Part shown: in pieces, positions 38,406 to 49,655 of the stretch | Position numbering within the stretch: the first letter of the stretch is position 1 | Layout: each line of letters begins with the position of its first letter | Source of the DNA: Heterodontus francisci | Lineage: Eukaryota | Length of the DNA: 64,000 nt | Direction: 5' to 3' | Assembly (NCBI RefSeq): GCF_036365525.1 | Contig: NC_090380.1 | Location: forward strand, 78,741,784-78,805,783 | The notes under the pieces: model-generated | Told to the model about the DNA's origin: nothing | Databases searched by the model: none | Seen by the model: the letters and a program-made list of their open reading frames with translations, nothing else | Position numbers and translations under genes: made by a program

Positions 38406-38756
38406 TATTAACTCCCCATTCTCACTCTGGAGGACCAACACTCACTTTACTTACTCTTTTCCCTTTTAAATACCTGTAGAAACTCCTGTTATTCGTTTTT
38501 ACATTTCTAGCTAGTTTCCTGTCATATTTTAATTTCTTTCTCCTGATTAACCTTTTCGTCATTCTCTGCCATTCTTTGGTCAGAATATAATCATCTGACC
38601 TGCCACTCATCTTTGAGCAATTATATGCTTTTTCTTTAAGTTTGATGGTTCTCTTAACTTATTTAGTTAACCATGGATGGTGGGTCCTTCCCTTAGAATT
38701 TTTCTTTGTAGTAGGAATAAGCTTATCCTGAGTATTCTGAAATATCCCCTTAAATG

Positions 38757-38853
38757 TCTGTGCTGCCTCCTCCTCAGCTGCTGACAGGGCTGCAATATCA
38801 GGAACACTTCCACTTGTTTTTGCCCTCGTCCGCTGTTTATGGGTGCATTTAAC
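38757..38853 (-). pseudogene. Harbinger Myb-like gene exon 2, 5' half
   Basis: Acceptor tgttttctgcAG, then VKCTHKQRTRAKTSGSVPDIAALSAAEEEAAQ. Confidence 0.7.
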
Positions 38854-39117
38854 CTGCAGAAAACAGTGCAGATTTAATGACATTTCAAAAGATGCATCAC
38901 GCCCATTGTATACAAGCATCAACATCACTCATTCTCCAGAGTGGCTTTCACACCATACATCCAAACAGATGCAAAAGCCAAATGTCAGGATTCTGCGAAA
39001 TCATTTGGTGTTTGTCACCAAGGCTGATCAGGCATTCTAATCTATGCTCGGTCTGTCACTGTCAAACACACATGGAGCCAAGTTGACAAAGTTAATAGCT
39101 TCGGGAAAAGCTCTTAC

Positions 39118-39357
39118 CCTTGCCAATCTGAGCAGGTCATTTACACATCTCCGACACTGTACCCAGGTTCACCACATCACCCCATGGTTCGACACTTCCT
39201 CCGCCACCTCCATCTAGCCCACCTTGGTCAGGCGGGAGAGTCTTCTGATGCCATCGGCAGGGAAGAGGAACACCCACCTTTCCCTGACAGACTGGAGGAG
39301 AACCTGCAGGGAGGCATCACTGAACCGTGGGGATGGATGCTGCCCAGTGCCTGACAT
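39118..39357 (-). pseudogene. Harbinger Myb/SANT-like gene exon 1 (two in-frame stops)
   Basis: MSGTGQHPSPRFSDASLQVLLQSVRERWVFLFP...MEVAEEVS...TWVQCRRCVNDLLRLAR, 80 codons, followed by donor GTAAGA. Confidence 0.8.
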
Positions 39358-40093
39358 AATGTGGATTATGAAGCCCAAAAATTATGGGGGTTGATGGTGC
39401 TGGGGTGAAAACTGAAAATTAAAGAAAAGCGAGTTCAAAAGACTTTAAGGCTTTTCTGTGGCTACGATCAACAGATAATTGCGAAGGCTGCTGATCCTTG
39501 AGGCTTGCAACACAAAGATTTATAGGCATGTGGCTTATGGTGCTTCTGAGAGCAACAGCAGCTCCCACCAATGAAAGTATGTCCCCACTGCATAATTGCA
39601 CGTGTCTTCTGAGCCATCGCCACACCTTGAATTTGCCTGCAAAATTGCATGTGAAGCAAGAAAAACGGTGGAAGCAGAAATGCCATCAACTTCCAGTTCC
39701 ACTGTCGGAAACGCCACGGTACTCATTAAATCTTGGCCATCGTGGTTCTTAAGTTGTAGGATTTTTGGGGGTTGCATCAGCTTTTTTTTGAAGACATTAG
39801 TCAGCTTTTGCCAATCTTTCTAGTTTGTCAGTTTTGCCTTATCTCACAAATTAAATCTATCCTGGAACCACAGTAACATATGATCTCTATTGGTGGAGCT
39901 GTTGGACTAGTAACACACTTCATGCCACCAGCAGGCATTTATTAAGGTAAGACTGGGATTAGATTAAATTTGATAGAACAGAGTTTCCTTTTAAATTTCT
40001 TTTTCATTTGTTCCCGATCTGAGAGTGCTGACTCTCCAGTTTAAAAACTCAAAAGATCTTGCCAGTAATATAGCCCTGATTATTAGTCTCATA

Positions 40094-40230
40094 CGAACAT
40101 ATGAATTAGGAGCGTGAGTAGGCTACTCCACCCCTCAAGCCTGCTCCACCATTCAATAAATTCATGGCTGAACTGATTACTCCACATTTCCACGTACCCC
40201 CGATAACCTTCCACCCCCTTGCTTATCAAT
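40094..40230 (-). mobile_element. Short CR1 3' UTR fragment
   Basis: Matches 7475-7610. Confidence 0.75.
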
Positions 40231-41117
40231 CATTATTATCTCCCAGGCAAAAAGATTGTCTTGTTTCATTGTCTACTTTTACATTCAGTTGATCTTAGAT
40301 TGGTGAATCAAAAGAGAGTTTTGCAACTCTTTCTACTAAACATGACAATAAAAGTAGACTGGTTGAAAGTATAGACCCTTTACAGGCTTGTGGTCGCTTT
40401 CACCCTTGCCATCCTGTTGAGATGCTCATTGATTAAAGGGAAAGGCGAAAGACCTGAAGTGGAGATATCCATAGTATTTTCAGTCTTATTTATTGCACGT
40501 GACATAATTTTTATTTTTATTTTGTAAATGAAAAAATCACATGTCTATGTAATATCTGAACTCATGCAAAGAACACCGCATAATTTTGAACGATTCCAAT
40601 CCAGGTCCTTATGGATAGGAGTTTGCAGTATAAAAGCACTTGTAATTCTTCACTAATTGGGCAATCTCACTCCGAGAAGTTGTAAGGATGGGTGTTCTGA
40701 GGGACAGAAATGTCATAGTGAAGTAGAAAATGTTCTTTTATATTTGGTTTAAAGCATTTTGCTTCATCAAATCTATGCTTTATCTACCGGGAAAACACAC
40801 TACCTAATTATAAGGACATCTTTGGGGAAAGGAACTTTTTTTTTGCTCCTTGATGTTAGGATTCTCAAATCTTCTAAGATGCAGTTAGACCTCATTGATG
40901 TTGTAAATGCAAGGTTACACCATCCCAGAACAGTCTACAGCTGGGCTGAATATCCTGAACTGGAAGCTTTATGTTTTACGTTATTTGATTTATGTTAATA
41001 CCTCCTTAAACTTCCCTTCTAAGTTCTGTAGATGATTGTAAGACAAATACTTATTTAATATGGGAGGGAACCAAGAAACTATCCTTTTCAATTGAATGTA
41101 AGAACCTCCTACTCCAC

Positions 41118-41152
41118 GTGTGTGTGTGTATGTGTGTGTGTGTATATATATA
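41118..41152. repeat. (TG)n(TA)n microsatellite
   Basis: Read directly from the sequence. Confidence 0.9.
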
Positions 41153-41632
41153 TTGTGCTTAGGAATGAACAATATAACAATCATATTTTGTGCCCAATTG
41201 CAGTTTGGAAGCTCTGTAAATAAAACTACAATTTAATACCATGATATTTGAATTTTACCTTTGAGGTGAAAACTGGTCATAATTAGAAGCAGCATTATGC
41301 TACATGTAATTTGTAGGGTTTTGTTTTGAATTCTTTAGCCATCACACATTATTCTAATGCTGAAATTTAGTTTCTGGAGTTAATTGGTGTAGTTGTTAGT
41401 GTGGTGGGCATAAATCAGTTTATATTCAATACCATAAGAGTATGAAAGAAATTACTTTTCTTCAAATTATTAACTTATGTATTTAAAGGGGAAGGAAAGC
41501 TTAGGAGTACTTTGTTCAAATGACTTTGCTCTTTGTAGAAAAAAATTACCATAAATTACTTTGCCATTTTTATGGCAACCATGACTGATGGACTGATTAG
41601 TAATGGAAAGGGGAAGCACTGAAGTGCTAACT

Positions 41633-42847
41633 AGTAGATTTGATGAGGGGGAGCCAGTGGATGTGGGTTATTTGGACTTTCAGAAGGCTTTCGACATAAG
41701 AAATAAGTCCCACATAAGAAATTAATGTGAAAAATTAAAGCGCATGGGATTGGGGGTAGTGTATTGCGATGGATAGAAAATTGGTTGGCAGATAGGAAAC
41801 AGTCGGGATAAATGGGTCTTTTTCCGAATGGCAGGCAGTGACTAGTGGGGTACCGCAGGGATCGGTGTTAGGACCCCAGCTATTCAAAATATATATGAAT
41901 GAGTTAGATGAGGGAACTAAATGTAATATCTCCAAATTTGCAGATGATACAAAACTGGGTGGGAGGGTGAGTTGTGAGGAGGATACAGAGAGGCTTCAGG
42001 GTGATGTGGGCAAATGCATGGCAGATGCAGTATAATGTGGATAAATGTGAGGTTATCCACTTTGGTAGCAAAAACAGGAAGGCAGATTATTATCTGAACG
42101 GCTATAAACTGAGAGAGGGGAATATGCAGCGAGACCTGGGTGTTCTCATACACCAGTCGCTGAAGGTAAGCATGCAGGTGCAACAGGCGGTAAAAAAGGC
42201 AAATGGTATGTTGGCCTTCATAGCGAGAGGATTCGAGTACAGGAGCAGGGATGTCTTGCTGCAATTATACAGGGCCTTGGTGAGGCCACACCTGGAATAT
42301 TGTGTGCAGTTTTGGTCTCCTTATCTGAGGAAGGATGTTCTCGCTATAGAGGGAGTGCAGCGAAGGTTTACCAGACTGATTCCTGGGATGGCGGGATTGA
42401 CGTATGAGGAGAGATTGAGTCGATTAGGATTATATTTGCTGAGTTCAGAAGAGTGAGGGGGATCTCATAGAAACCTATAAAATTCTAACAGAACTTGACA
42501 GGGTAGATGCAGGAATGATGTTCCCGATGGTGGGGGAGTCTAGAACCAGGGGTCATAGTCTAAGGATTCAGAGTAAACTTTTCAGGACTGAGATGAGGAG
42601 AAATTTCTTCACCCAGAGAGTGGTGAGCCTGTGGAATTCGCTACCACAGAAAGCAGTTGAGGCCAAAACATTGTATGTTTTCAAGAAGGAGTTAGATATA
42701 GCTCTTGGGTCTAAAGGGATCAAAGGGTTTGGGGCGAAAGTGGGAACAGGTTACTGAGTTGGATGATCAGCCATGAGCATAATGAATGGCAGAGCAGGCT
42801 CGAAGGGCTGAATGGCCTACTCCTGCTCCTATTTTCTATGTTTCTAC
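41633..42847 (+). mobile_element. 5'-truncated CR1 LINE
   Basis: [13 protein letters not shown]...[10 protein letters not shown], and tail 'ttctatgtttcta'. Confidence 0.93.
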
Positions 42848-42849
42848 AA

Positions 42850-43505
42850 TGCACTGGTGGTGGTGGTGGAAGTGTATACTGAGTTCATGGGCTGGTCAAG
42901 GAGACAGCTCTGTCCTGGTTGGTGTTGAGCTTCTTGAGTAATGTTGTAGCTAGACCTATTCAGGTAATAGCTACATTTTCCATCACATTCTTGATTTGAG
43001 CCTTGTAGCTGGTAGAGGGGCTTTTAGGGGTGAAAAGGTATGCCACTCCACAGAATACCCAGTCTCTGTCCTTGAGTTGCATTGTTTCTGGTCCAGTTAA
43101 GCTTCTGATTAGTGGTGACACCTTGAGTGTTGATAATGGCGACTCAGTGATAGTGGTGCCATTGAAGAAAGGGGTGGTACCTAGAATTTTTCTTAGTTCC
43201 GGTGCACAGGTCTTCAGCACAGCAGCCAGGATATCGTCAGGGCCCATAACTTTTTACTGTGCTCAGTTGCCTCTTAATGTTACATGCATTGAATGAAATT
43301 GGCTGGACATTCGCATCAGTGATGCTGAAGACCTTGAGAGAAGGCTGAGTGGGATTATTCACATGGTACTTCTGACTGAAGACATTTGCAAGCACTTCAG
43401 CCTTGTCTATTGCACTAATTTGGTGGGCTAGAGCTTTGCTCTGATCCACTCACTGTGAAATAGCTTAGCTCTGTGTATAGCCAGCTGCTTTTGGTGTTTA
43501 TCATG
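42850..43505 (-). mobile_element. Old, deleted family-B LINE fragment
   Basis: GPDDILAAVLKTCAPEL and DKAEVLANVFSQK. Confidence 0.7.
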
Positions 43506-43804
43506 CAGAAAAGGCTACAATACCTTGGGATGGGGGAAGAAAAAACAAATAATTGAAAACATACCATCTCACTTTTAAAACATCTGCTTGTTCAACTAGT
43601 TTTCACATGAGGATCACACTGTAAGATAAATCTTTGTTCCAAGGCATTAAGTTTGTCATGGACCTTTATAAAATAATTTGATTACTAATTAGGCATGAGC
43701 ATGTCAGTACTGTGGTTTATAAAAATGCCCATTGCAGAATTGGTGCTTAGGGGGCCCTTGGCTGCAATAGGATCTTGCAAAATCGGAGCCTAGCACCGAT
43801 CACA

Positions 43805-45115
43805 TCGTCTATATTGATGTTGATGATACAGTTTGAACAACCTTCTTCGTTTTTATAAATGACTTAGACTCAGGTGTAGGGAGAAGCATGCTAAGTTTTA
43901 CATAATTAGCAAATTTTAACAACATCGTAAATAGTGATGAGGTTGTTGTAGATGTTAGGATGACATAGAAACATGGTAAAATGGGCAGAAGCATAGCAGA
44001 TGGAGTTGAATGCAGAGAAATGTAAAGGGATGCACTTTGGGTGACGAAGGTGGAAAGGCAGTATACTATAAATGGCACAATTTTGGAAAGTGTAGATTGG
44101 CAGAGAGACCTTGGAGTCCATGTGTACAAATCCTTAAAGCTGATGGGGCAAGTTGATAAGGTGGTTAAAAAGCACATAGGTTACTTGTGTTTATAAATAG
44201 AGGAATAGAAAAGCAAAGAGATTATACTAGATCTTTATAAATCACTAGTTAGGCCTCAGCTTGGGAGTATTGGATAATTCTAGGCACAACATTTCAGGAA
44301 ATATGTAAAAGCCTTAGAAAGGGTACAGAGGAGGTTTACATGGGTTGAGGGTGAGAAAAGGTAAGACAGTTCTCCTTGAAACAAAGAAAGTTAAGTAGGG
44401 ATTTGCCAGAGGTTTTCAAGATGATGAGAGATTTTGATAGAAAAGAAAGAGAAAAACTATTCCCTCTGGCGAGTGGATTAATAGCCAGAGGTTATAGATT
44501 TAAAATCACCGGAAAAAGGTCTAAAAGGGAAGATGAGAAGAATATTTTCACTGAGTTGTCCGGATCTGGAATGCTCCACTTAAAGGTGATGGAAGCTGAT
44601 TTCATAAATAATTTTAAAAGGGAGTTGGACAGATACTTAAAGATGAGGAACTAACAAGGTTACAGGGCGGCACAGTGGCGCAGTGGTTAGCACCGCAGCC
44701 TCACAGCTCCAGCGACCCGGGTTCAATTCTGGGTAGTGCCTGTGTGGAGTTTGCAAGTTCTCCCTGTGTCTGCGTGGGTTTCCTCCAGGTGCTCTGGTTT
44801 CCTCCCACATGCCAAAGACTTGCTGGTTGATAGGTTAATTGGCCATTATAAATTGCCACTAGTATAGGTAGGTGGTAGGGAAATATAGGGACAGGTGGGG
44901 ATGTGGTAGGAATATGGGATTAGTGTAGGATTAGTATAAATGGGTGGTTGATGGTCGGCACAGACTCGGTGGGCTGAAGGGCCTGTTTCAGTGCTGTATC
45001 TCTAAACTAAACTAAAAAGTGGGGATGTGGAGCTGAACACAACTGCTCTTTCAAAGAACCAGCACAGGAAGGATGGGCTGAGTAGACTCCTGTGCTGTAG
45101 GTTTCTATGATTTCA
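43805..45115 (+). mobile_element. Old CR1 fragment interrupted by a SINE
   Basis: Degenerate RT C-terminus (DLPEVFKMMRDFDR...FKRELDRYLK). 3' UTR resumes after 45015. Confidence 0.75.
44665..45013 (+). mobile_element. HE1-like SINE
   Basis: gggcggcacagtggcgcagtggttagc...gggttcaattc...tail (ctaaa)n. Confidence 0.9.
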
Positions 45116-45268
45116 TGTTGCAACTCTGATCAGCTATTTGTGTTCAGATGAAAGCTTCATGACTTTAGAGTTCCTTTGCAGGTTACTATTACATTGCCTG
45201 ATAGGTGATTGAACAAGATACCAATGTAATAACCTATTTACATTCATGATGCTCAATAATTGAGATGT

Positions 45269-46020
45269 GGGACAGGATTTTCCTTCCAGGGGATGGGATA
45301 TGGACGTCAGTACCGTTTCCGGGTCCTGAACCTGCCTCTGGGATGGCGGGGAACAGTCACTAGCCCCAATTTTTCTGGGGACCCCCCCTTAATTGGCTTG
45401 GAAACCGATTTTGTGGCCAATAAGCCACCGTAGGGGGCAGGAATGGAGGCGGGCCTGTTCAAGTGCTGGCTGGATTTGTTTTTTTAACAAAGTTTCACTG
45501 CTTTACCTTCAGTTTGGGAAATCATATAATGTCTCAGGAGAGGCAGAGGCCAGCAACCCGGGGTAGGGCAGCCTTTCACTTCACTTAGGCAGACCTGGAG
45601 GTCCTCCTCGAGGCCCTAAGGGAGAGGAGGGTAGTCCTCTTCCCGGAGGGTGGCAGAAAGAGGCCACCCACCCAGACTAAGCAGACATGGATGGAGTTGG
45701 CTGATATAGTCAGCAGAAGGTGTGATGCACAGAAATTGGATCCAGTGTAGGAAAAGGTTTAATGACCTCATATGCTCTGGCAAGGAGAGTGCAACGCCCC
45801 AGTCCTAATGACAGACCTCTGGCTATTCACCTCCAGCAGACACACCAGCTGAGGAGCTAGATGCCACATGCAGCTCCTGAATAGAGAGGAGTGTGTACCC
45901 AGGGCACTTACTGACCCCTCAGAATGGCTCTGAGCCAGAGTGCTGCTGAGCACCTGCCGGCATTGAAACATGCAGTATGCTACTGAATAGGAGCCGCTGG
46001 CATTGGCCATAGAGGCCAGC
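45269..46020 (+). mobile_element. Harbinger fragment with Myb/SANT exon 1 pseudogene (45529-45785)
   Basis: MSQERQRPATRGRAAFHFT*ADLEVLLEALRERRVVLFPEGGRKRPP...WMELA...WIQCRKRFNDL. TIR-like 'gggacaggattttcc' at 45269. Confidence 0.75.
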
Positions 46021-46029
46021 AGTACCTTA

Positions 46030-46587
46030 TCTTGCTCTCTTTTGTTCAGTTTGCTTAGTCACTGTTTTTTTTCATGTTTGTACTTGTGGCTGTTCAATTT
46101 TCAATCCATTAACACCCTATCTGTACGAATGCTTTGTCTTTCAACACACCATTAACATATTGGAAGAAGAGTTAACGTTTCGGGTCAGTGACCCTTCTTC
46201 GGAACCGAAGAAGGGTCACTGACCCGAAACGTTAACTCTGCTTCTCTTTCCACAGATGCTGCCAGACCTGCTGAGTGATTCCAGCATTTCTTGTTTTTAT
46301 TTCAGATTTCCAGCATCCGCAGTATTTTGCTTTTATTACACCATTGACATATTGTTTGCCTTTGCTCCACGACCTTCTGGTCAGCTATTCTGTGACCTTG
46401 TCCTATCTACACCTTCTCCTTTGTTATCTGTTGCTCCACCCCCGCTTTACTTGCTTATAACCTTTTACATTTCTAATATTTGCCAGTTCTGAAGAAGGGT
46501 CACTTGTGACCTTAAACGTTAACTCTGCTTCTATCTCCAGATGCTGCCAGACCTGCTGAGTATTTCCAGCATTTCTTGTTTTTATTC
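46030..46587 (+). mobile_element. Penelope terminal-repeat region with a nested 175-bp self-insertion and three hammerhead-like cores
   Basis: Matches the reverse complement of 22795-23200. Cores at 46169-46202 (minus), 46205-46237 (plus) and about 46485-46525 (plus, degenerate). 17-bp TSD. Confidence 0.85.
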
Positions 46588-46610
46588 CCTCAAATTCATC
46601 TATAGTATAG

Positions 46611-48400
46611 GGGTGGCGCAGTGGTCAGCACCTCAGCCTCACAGCTCCAGCGACCCCGGTTCAATTCTGGGTACTGCCTGTGTGGAGTTTGCAAGTTCTC
46701 CCTGTGTCTACGTGGGTTTCCTCCGGGTGCTCCGGTTTCCTCCCACAGCCAAAAGACTTGCAGCTTGATAGGTAAATTGGCCATTATAAATTGCCCCTAG
46801 TATAGGTAGGTGGTAGGGGAATATAGGGACAGGTGAGGATGTGGTAGGAATATGGGATTAGTGTAGGATTAGTATAAATGGGTGGTTAATGGTCGGCACA
46901 GACTCGGTGGGCCGAATTAGAATTAGAACATTACAGCGCAGTACAGGTCCTTCGGCCCTCGATGTTGCGCCGACCTGTGAAACCATCTGACCTACACTAT
47001 TCCATTTTCATCCATATGTCTTCCAATGACCACTTAAATGCCCTTAAAGTTGGCGAGTCTACTACTGTTGCAGGCAGGGCGTTCCACGCCCCTACTACTC
47101 TCTGAGTAAAGAAACTACCTCTGACATCTGTCCTATATCTATCACCCCTCAACTTAAAGCTATGTCCCCTCATGTTTGCCATCACCATCCGAGGAAAAAG
47201 ACTCTCACTATCCACCCTATCTAACCCTCTGATTATCTTATATGTCTCTATTAAGTCACCTCTCCTCCTCCTTCTCTGCAACGAAAACAACCTCAAGTCC
47301 CTCAGCCTTTCCTCGTAAGACCTTCCCTCCATACCAGGCAACATCCTAGTAAATATCCTCTGCACCCTTTCCATAGCTTCTACATCCTTCCTATAATGCG
47401 GTGACCAGAACTGCACGCAATACTCCAGGTGCGGTTTCACCAGAGTTTTGTACAGCTGCAGCATGACCTCGTGGCTCCGAAACTCGATCCCCCTACTAAT
47501 AAAAGCTAACACACCATATGCCTTCTTAACAGCCCTATTAACCTGGGTAGCAACCTTCAGGGATTTATGCACCTGGACACCAAGATCTCTCTGTTCATCT
47601 ACACTACCAAGAATCTTCCCATTAGCCCAGTACTCTGCATTCCTGTTACTCCTTCCAAAGTGAATCACCTCGCACTTTTCCGCATTAAACTCCATTTGCC
47701 ATCTCTCAGCCCAGCTCTGCAGCCTATCTATGTCCCTCTGAACCCTACAACATCCTTCGGCACTATCCACAACTCCACCGACCTTCGTGTCATCCGCAAA
47801 TTTACTAACCCACCCTTCTACACCCTCTTCCAGGTCATTTATAAAAATGACAAACAGCAGTGGCCCCAAAACAGATCCTTGCGGTACACCACTAGTAACT
47901 AAACTCCAGGATGAACATTTGCCGTCAACCACCACCCTCTGTCTTCTTTCAGCTAGCCAATTTCTGATCCAAAGCTCTAAATCACCTTCAACTCCATACT
48001 TCCGTATTTTCTGCAATAGCCTACCATGGGGAACCTTATCAAACGCCTTACTGAAATCCATATACACCACATCCACTGCTTTACCCTCATCCACCTGTTT
48101 GGTCACCTTCTCGAAAAACTCAATAAGGTTTGTGAGGCACGACCTACCTGTCACAAAACCGTGCTGACTATCGCTAATGAACTTATTCTTTTCAAGATGA
48201 TTATAAATCCTGTCTCTTATAACCTTTTCCAATATTTTACCCACAACCGAAGTAAGGCTCACAGGTCTATAATTACCAGGGCTGTCTCTACTCCCCTTCT
48301 TGAACAAGGGGACAACATTTGCTATCCTCCAGTCTTCCGGCACCATTCCTGTCGACAATGACGAAGGACCTGTTTCAGTGCTGTATCCCTAAAAAAAAAA
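46611..48400 (+). mobile_element. HE1-like SINE split by a CR1 insertion (46611-46916 and 48362-48400)
   Basis: SINE stops at gggccgaa and resumes at cgaaggacctgtttcagtgctgtatc followed by poly-A. Confidence 0.88.
46917..48361 (-). mobile_element. Young 5'-truncated CR1 LINE, 453-aa open RT frame
   Basis: ORF 46997..48358 with complete RT motifs and an (aattag)n tail. Confidence 0.95.
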
Positions 48401-48521
48401 GTATTGACCCATCTAGCTAGTACAGCATTATGAACAGGCCTCTGCTATCCACTCTAATCTCCCCTGTGCCATCTGGTGCTACATATTGGAACATCATAAC
48501 CAACCAAAATACAAATGTATT

Positions 48522-48655
48522 CAAAACAAAAGCAAAATATTGCAGATGCTGGCAATCTGAAACACAAACAGAAAATGCTGGAAATTCTCAGCAGGTCAGT
48601 CAGATCTGTGGAGAGAAAAGCAGAGTAAATGTTTCAGGTCCATGACCTTTCACCA
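48522..48655 (-). repeat. Degenerate Penelope terminal-repeat fragment
   Basis: Similar to 22797-22930; hammerhead core damaged. Confidence 0.7.
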
Positions 48656-49048
48656 TTCAACTGATCTCTGGAGAATAAAAACTTTTGGTCTGTGTGTGTG
48701 GTTTTCTGGATGTCTCCTACGGCTGAGGGGGCACAGCAGGCAGTCCTAAGCCACAACGGTGCTATTTTGGTCAACAGTTAGCTGGGATACGAGTGAAGTA
48801 GTAAAAAACTGCTTGTGAATTTGTCTCCCTAACACAGTGCAGCCAAGGGCAAGAGCTCAGTGAAGTAAGGCGTGGAACCTGACCTGAGCAGACATTTCAT
48901 GGAACACTCTGTTAATTCTTTTTCACAATATATCTTTTAGTCTTATTAAACCAATAATATTTCACTAAGAATGAATAAAACAACACCAAAGATAAGGAGA
49001 GCTGAGCTGAATCAGACATTGTGCACAATTGCCTAAAAGATGACAAAA

Positions 49049-49373
49049 TAAAGCCTGGCTACCCGACCCGAACCCAACTAGACTCGACTACATGTGTCGG
49101 GCCCGGCTCGGCTCAGATCAAAATTCTGAGACCAGCATTCAGGCTCTGGTCGGGTTGGGCTGGACAGTGCTGCTTCTGGGAAGTCACAGGATCAGGCTTA
49201 CCCATGATTTCCCACAACTCCAGCTACAGGAATAGCCTGCTGCTGGAACAGATGAAGGAGATTCATGTCTGGTCGGGTTGAGCATGAAAAAAATTAAAGG
49301 GCTCGGGTTCGGGTTGGCTGTGGTCGGGTCAGGCCCGGGTTGGGTTTTAATTTTATACCCAAGCCAGGCTTTA
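49049..49373. mobile_element. hAT-type MITE, 325 bp
   Basis: 12-bp perfect TIRs TAAAGCCTGGCT / AGCCAGGCTTTA, 8-bp TSD TGACAAAA (49041-49048, 49374-49381), subterminal CCCGA/TCGGG repeats. Confidence 0.9.
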
Positions 49374-49655
49374 TGACAAAATAGCTTTTCAATGTGTACT
49401 CTGAAAACCAGTGTGAAACATGCTGTCGCTTCCAAAAGGGCTATGGACTGTACTCTGTATACTATCAGAACAAGCAACTTCTAATGAGCAGGGAAATAAT
49501 TTTTCCCACATTGGCACAGGTGCAAACTAAACACTGTTGGATCAATTTTCATTTGAGTGCATTACCATCAGCTTCTGATCAAGCTAATGGGTTGCTTTAT
49601 AGATTACATTAAATACAGCAGAAATACAAATATAAATCACAACTAGCCAATTTCT

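Larger units (their letters stand above)
33501..38756 (-). mobile_element. CR1 LINE inserted in the Myb exon, hosting a Penelope and a family-B LINE
   Basis: TSD TCTGT at 33496-33500 and 38757-38761. RT peptides in ORFs 35583..36206 and 33428..33913. Confidence 0.88.

Noticed and set aside
40759-40998. 79-aa ORF as a gene
   Set aside because: Non-ATG start that runs through a polypyrimidine tract. At most part of an unverified terminal exon.
44665-44740. tRNA gene at the SINE heads
   Set aside because: A and B boxes are present, but each continues into the SINE body and tail in five copies. These are SINE promoters, not tRNA genes.
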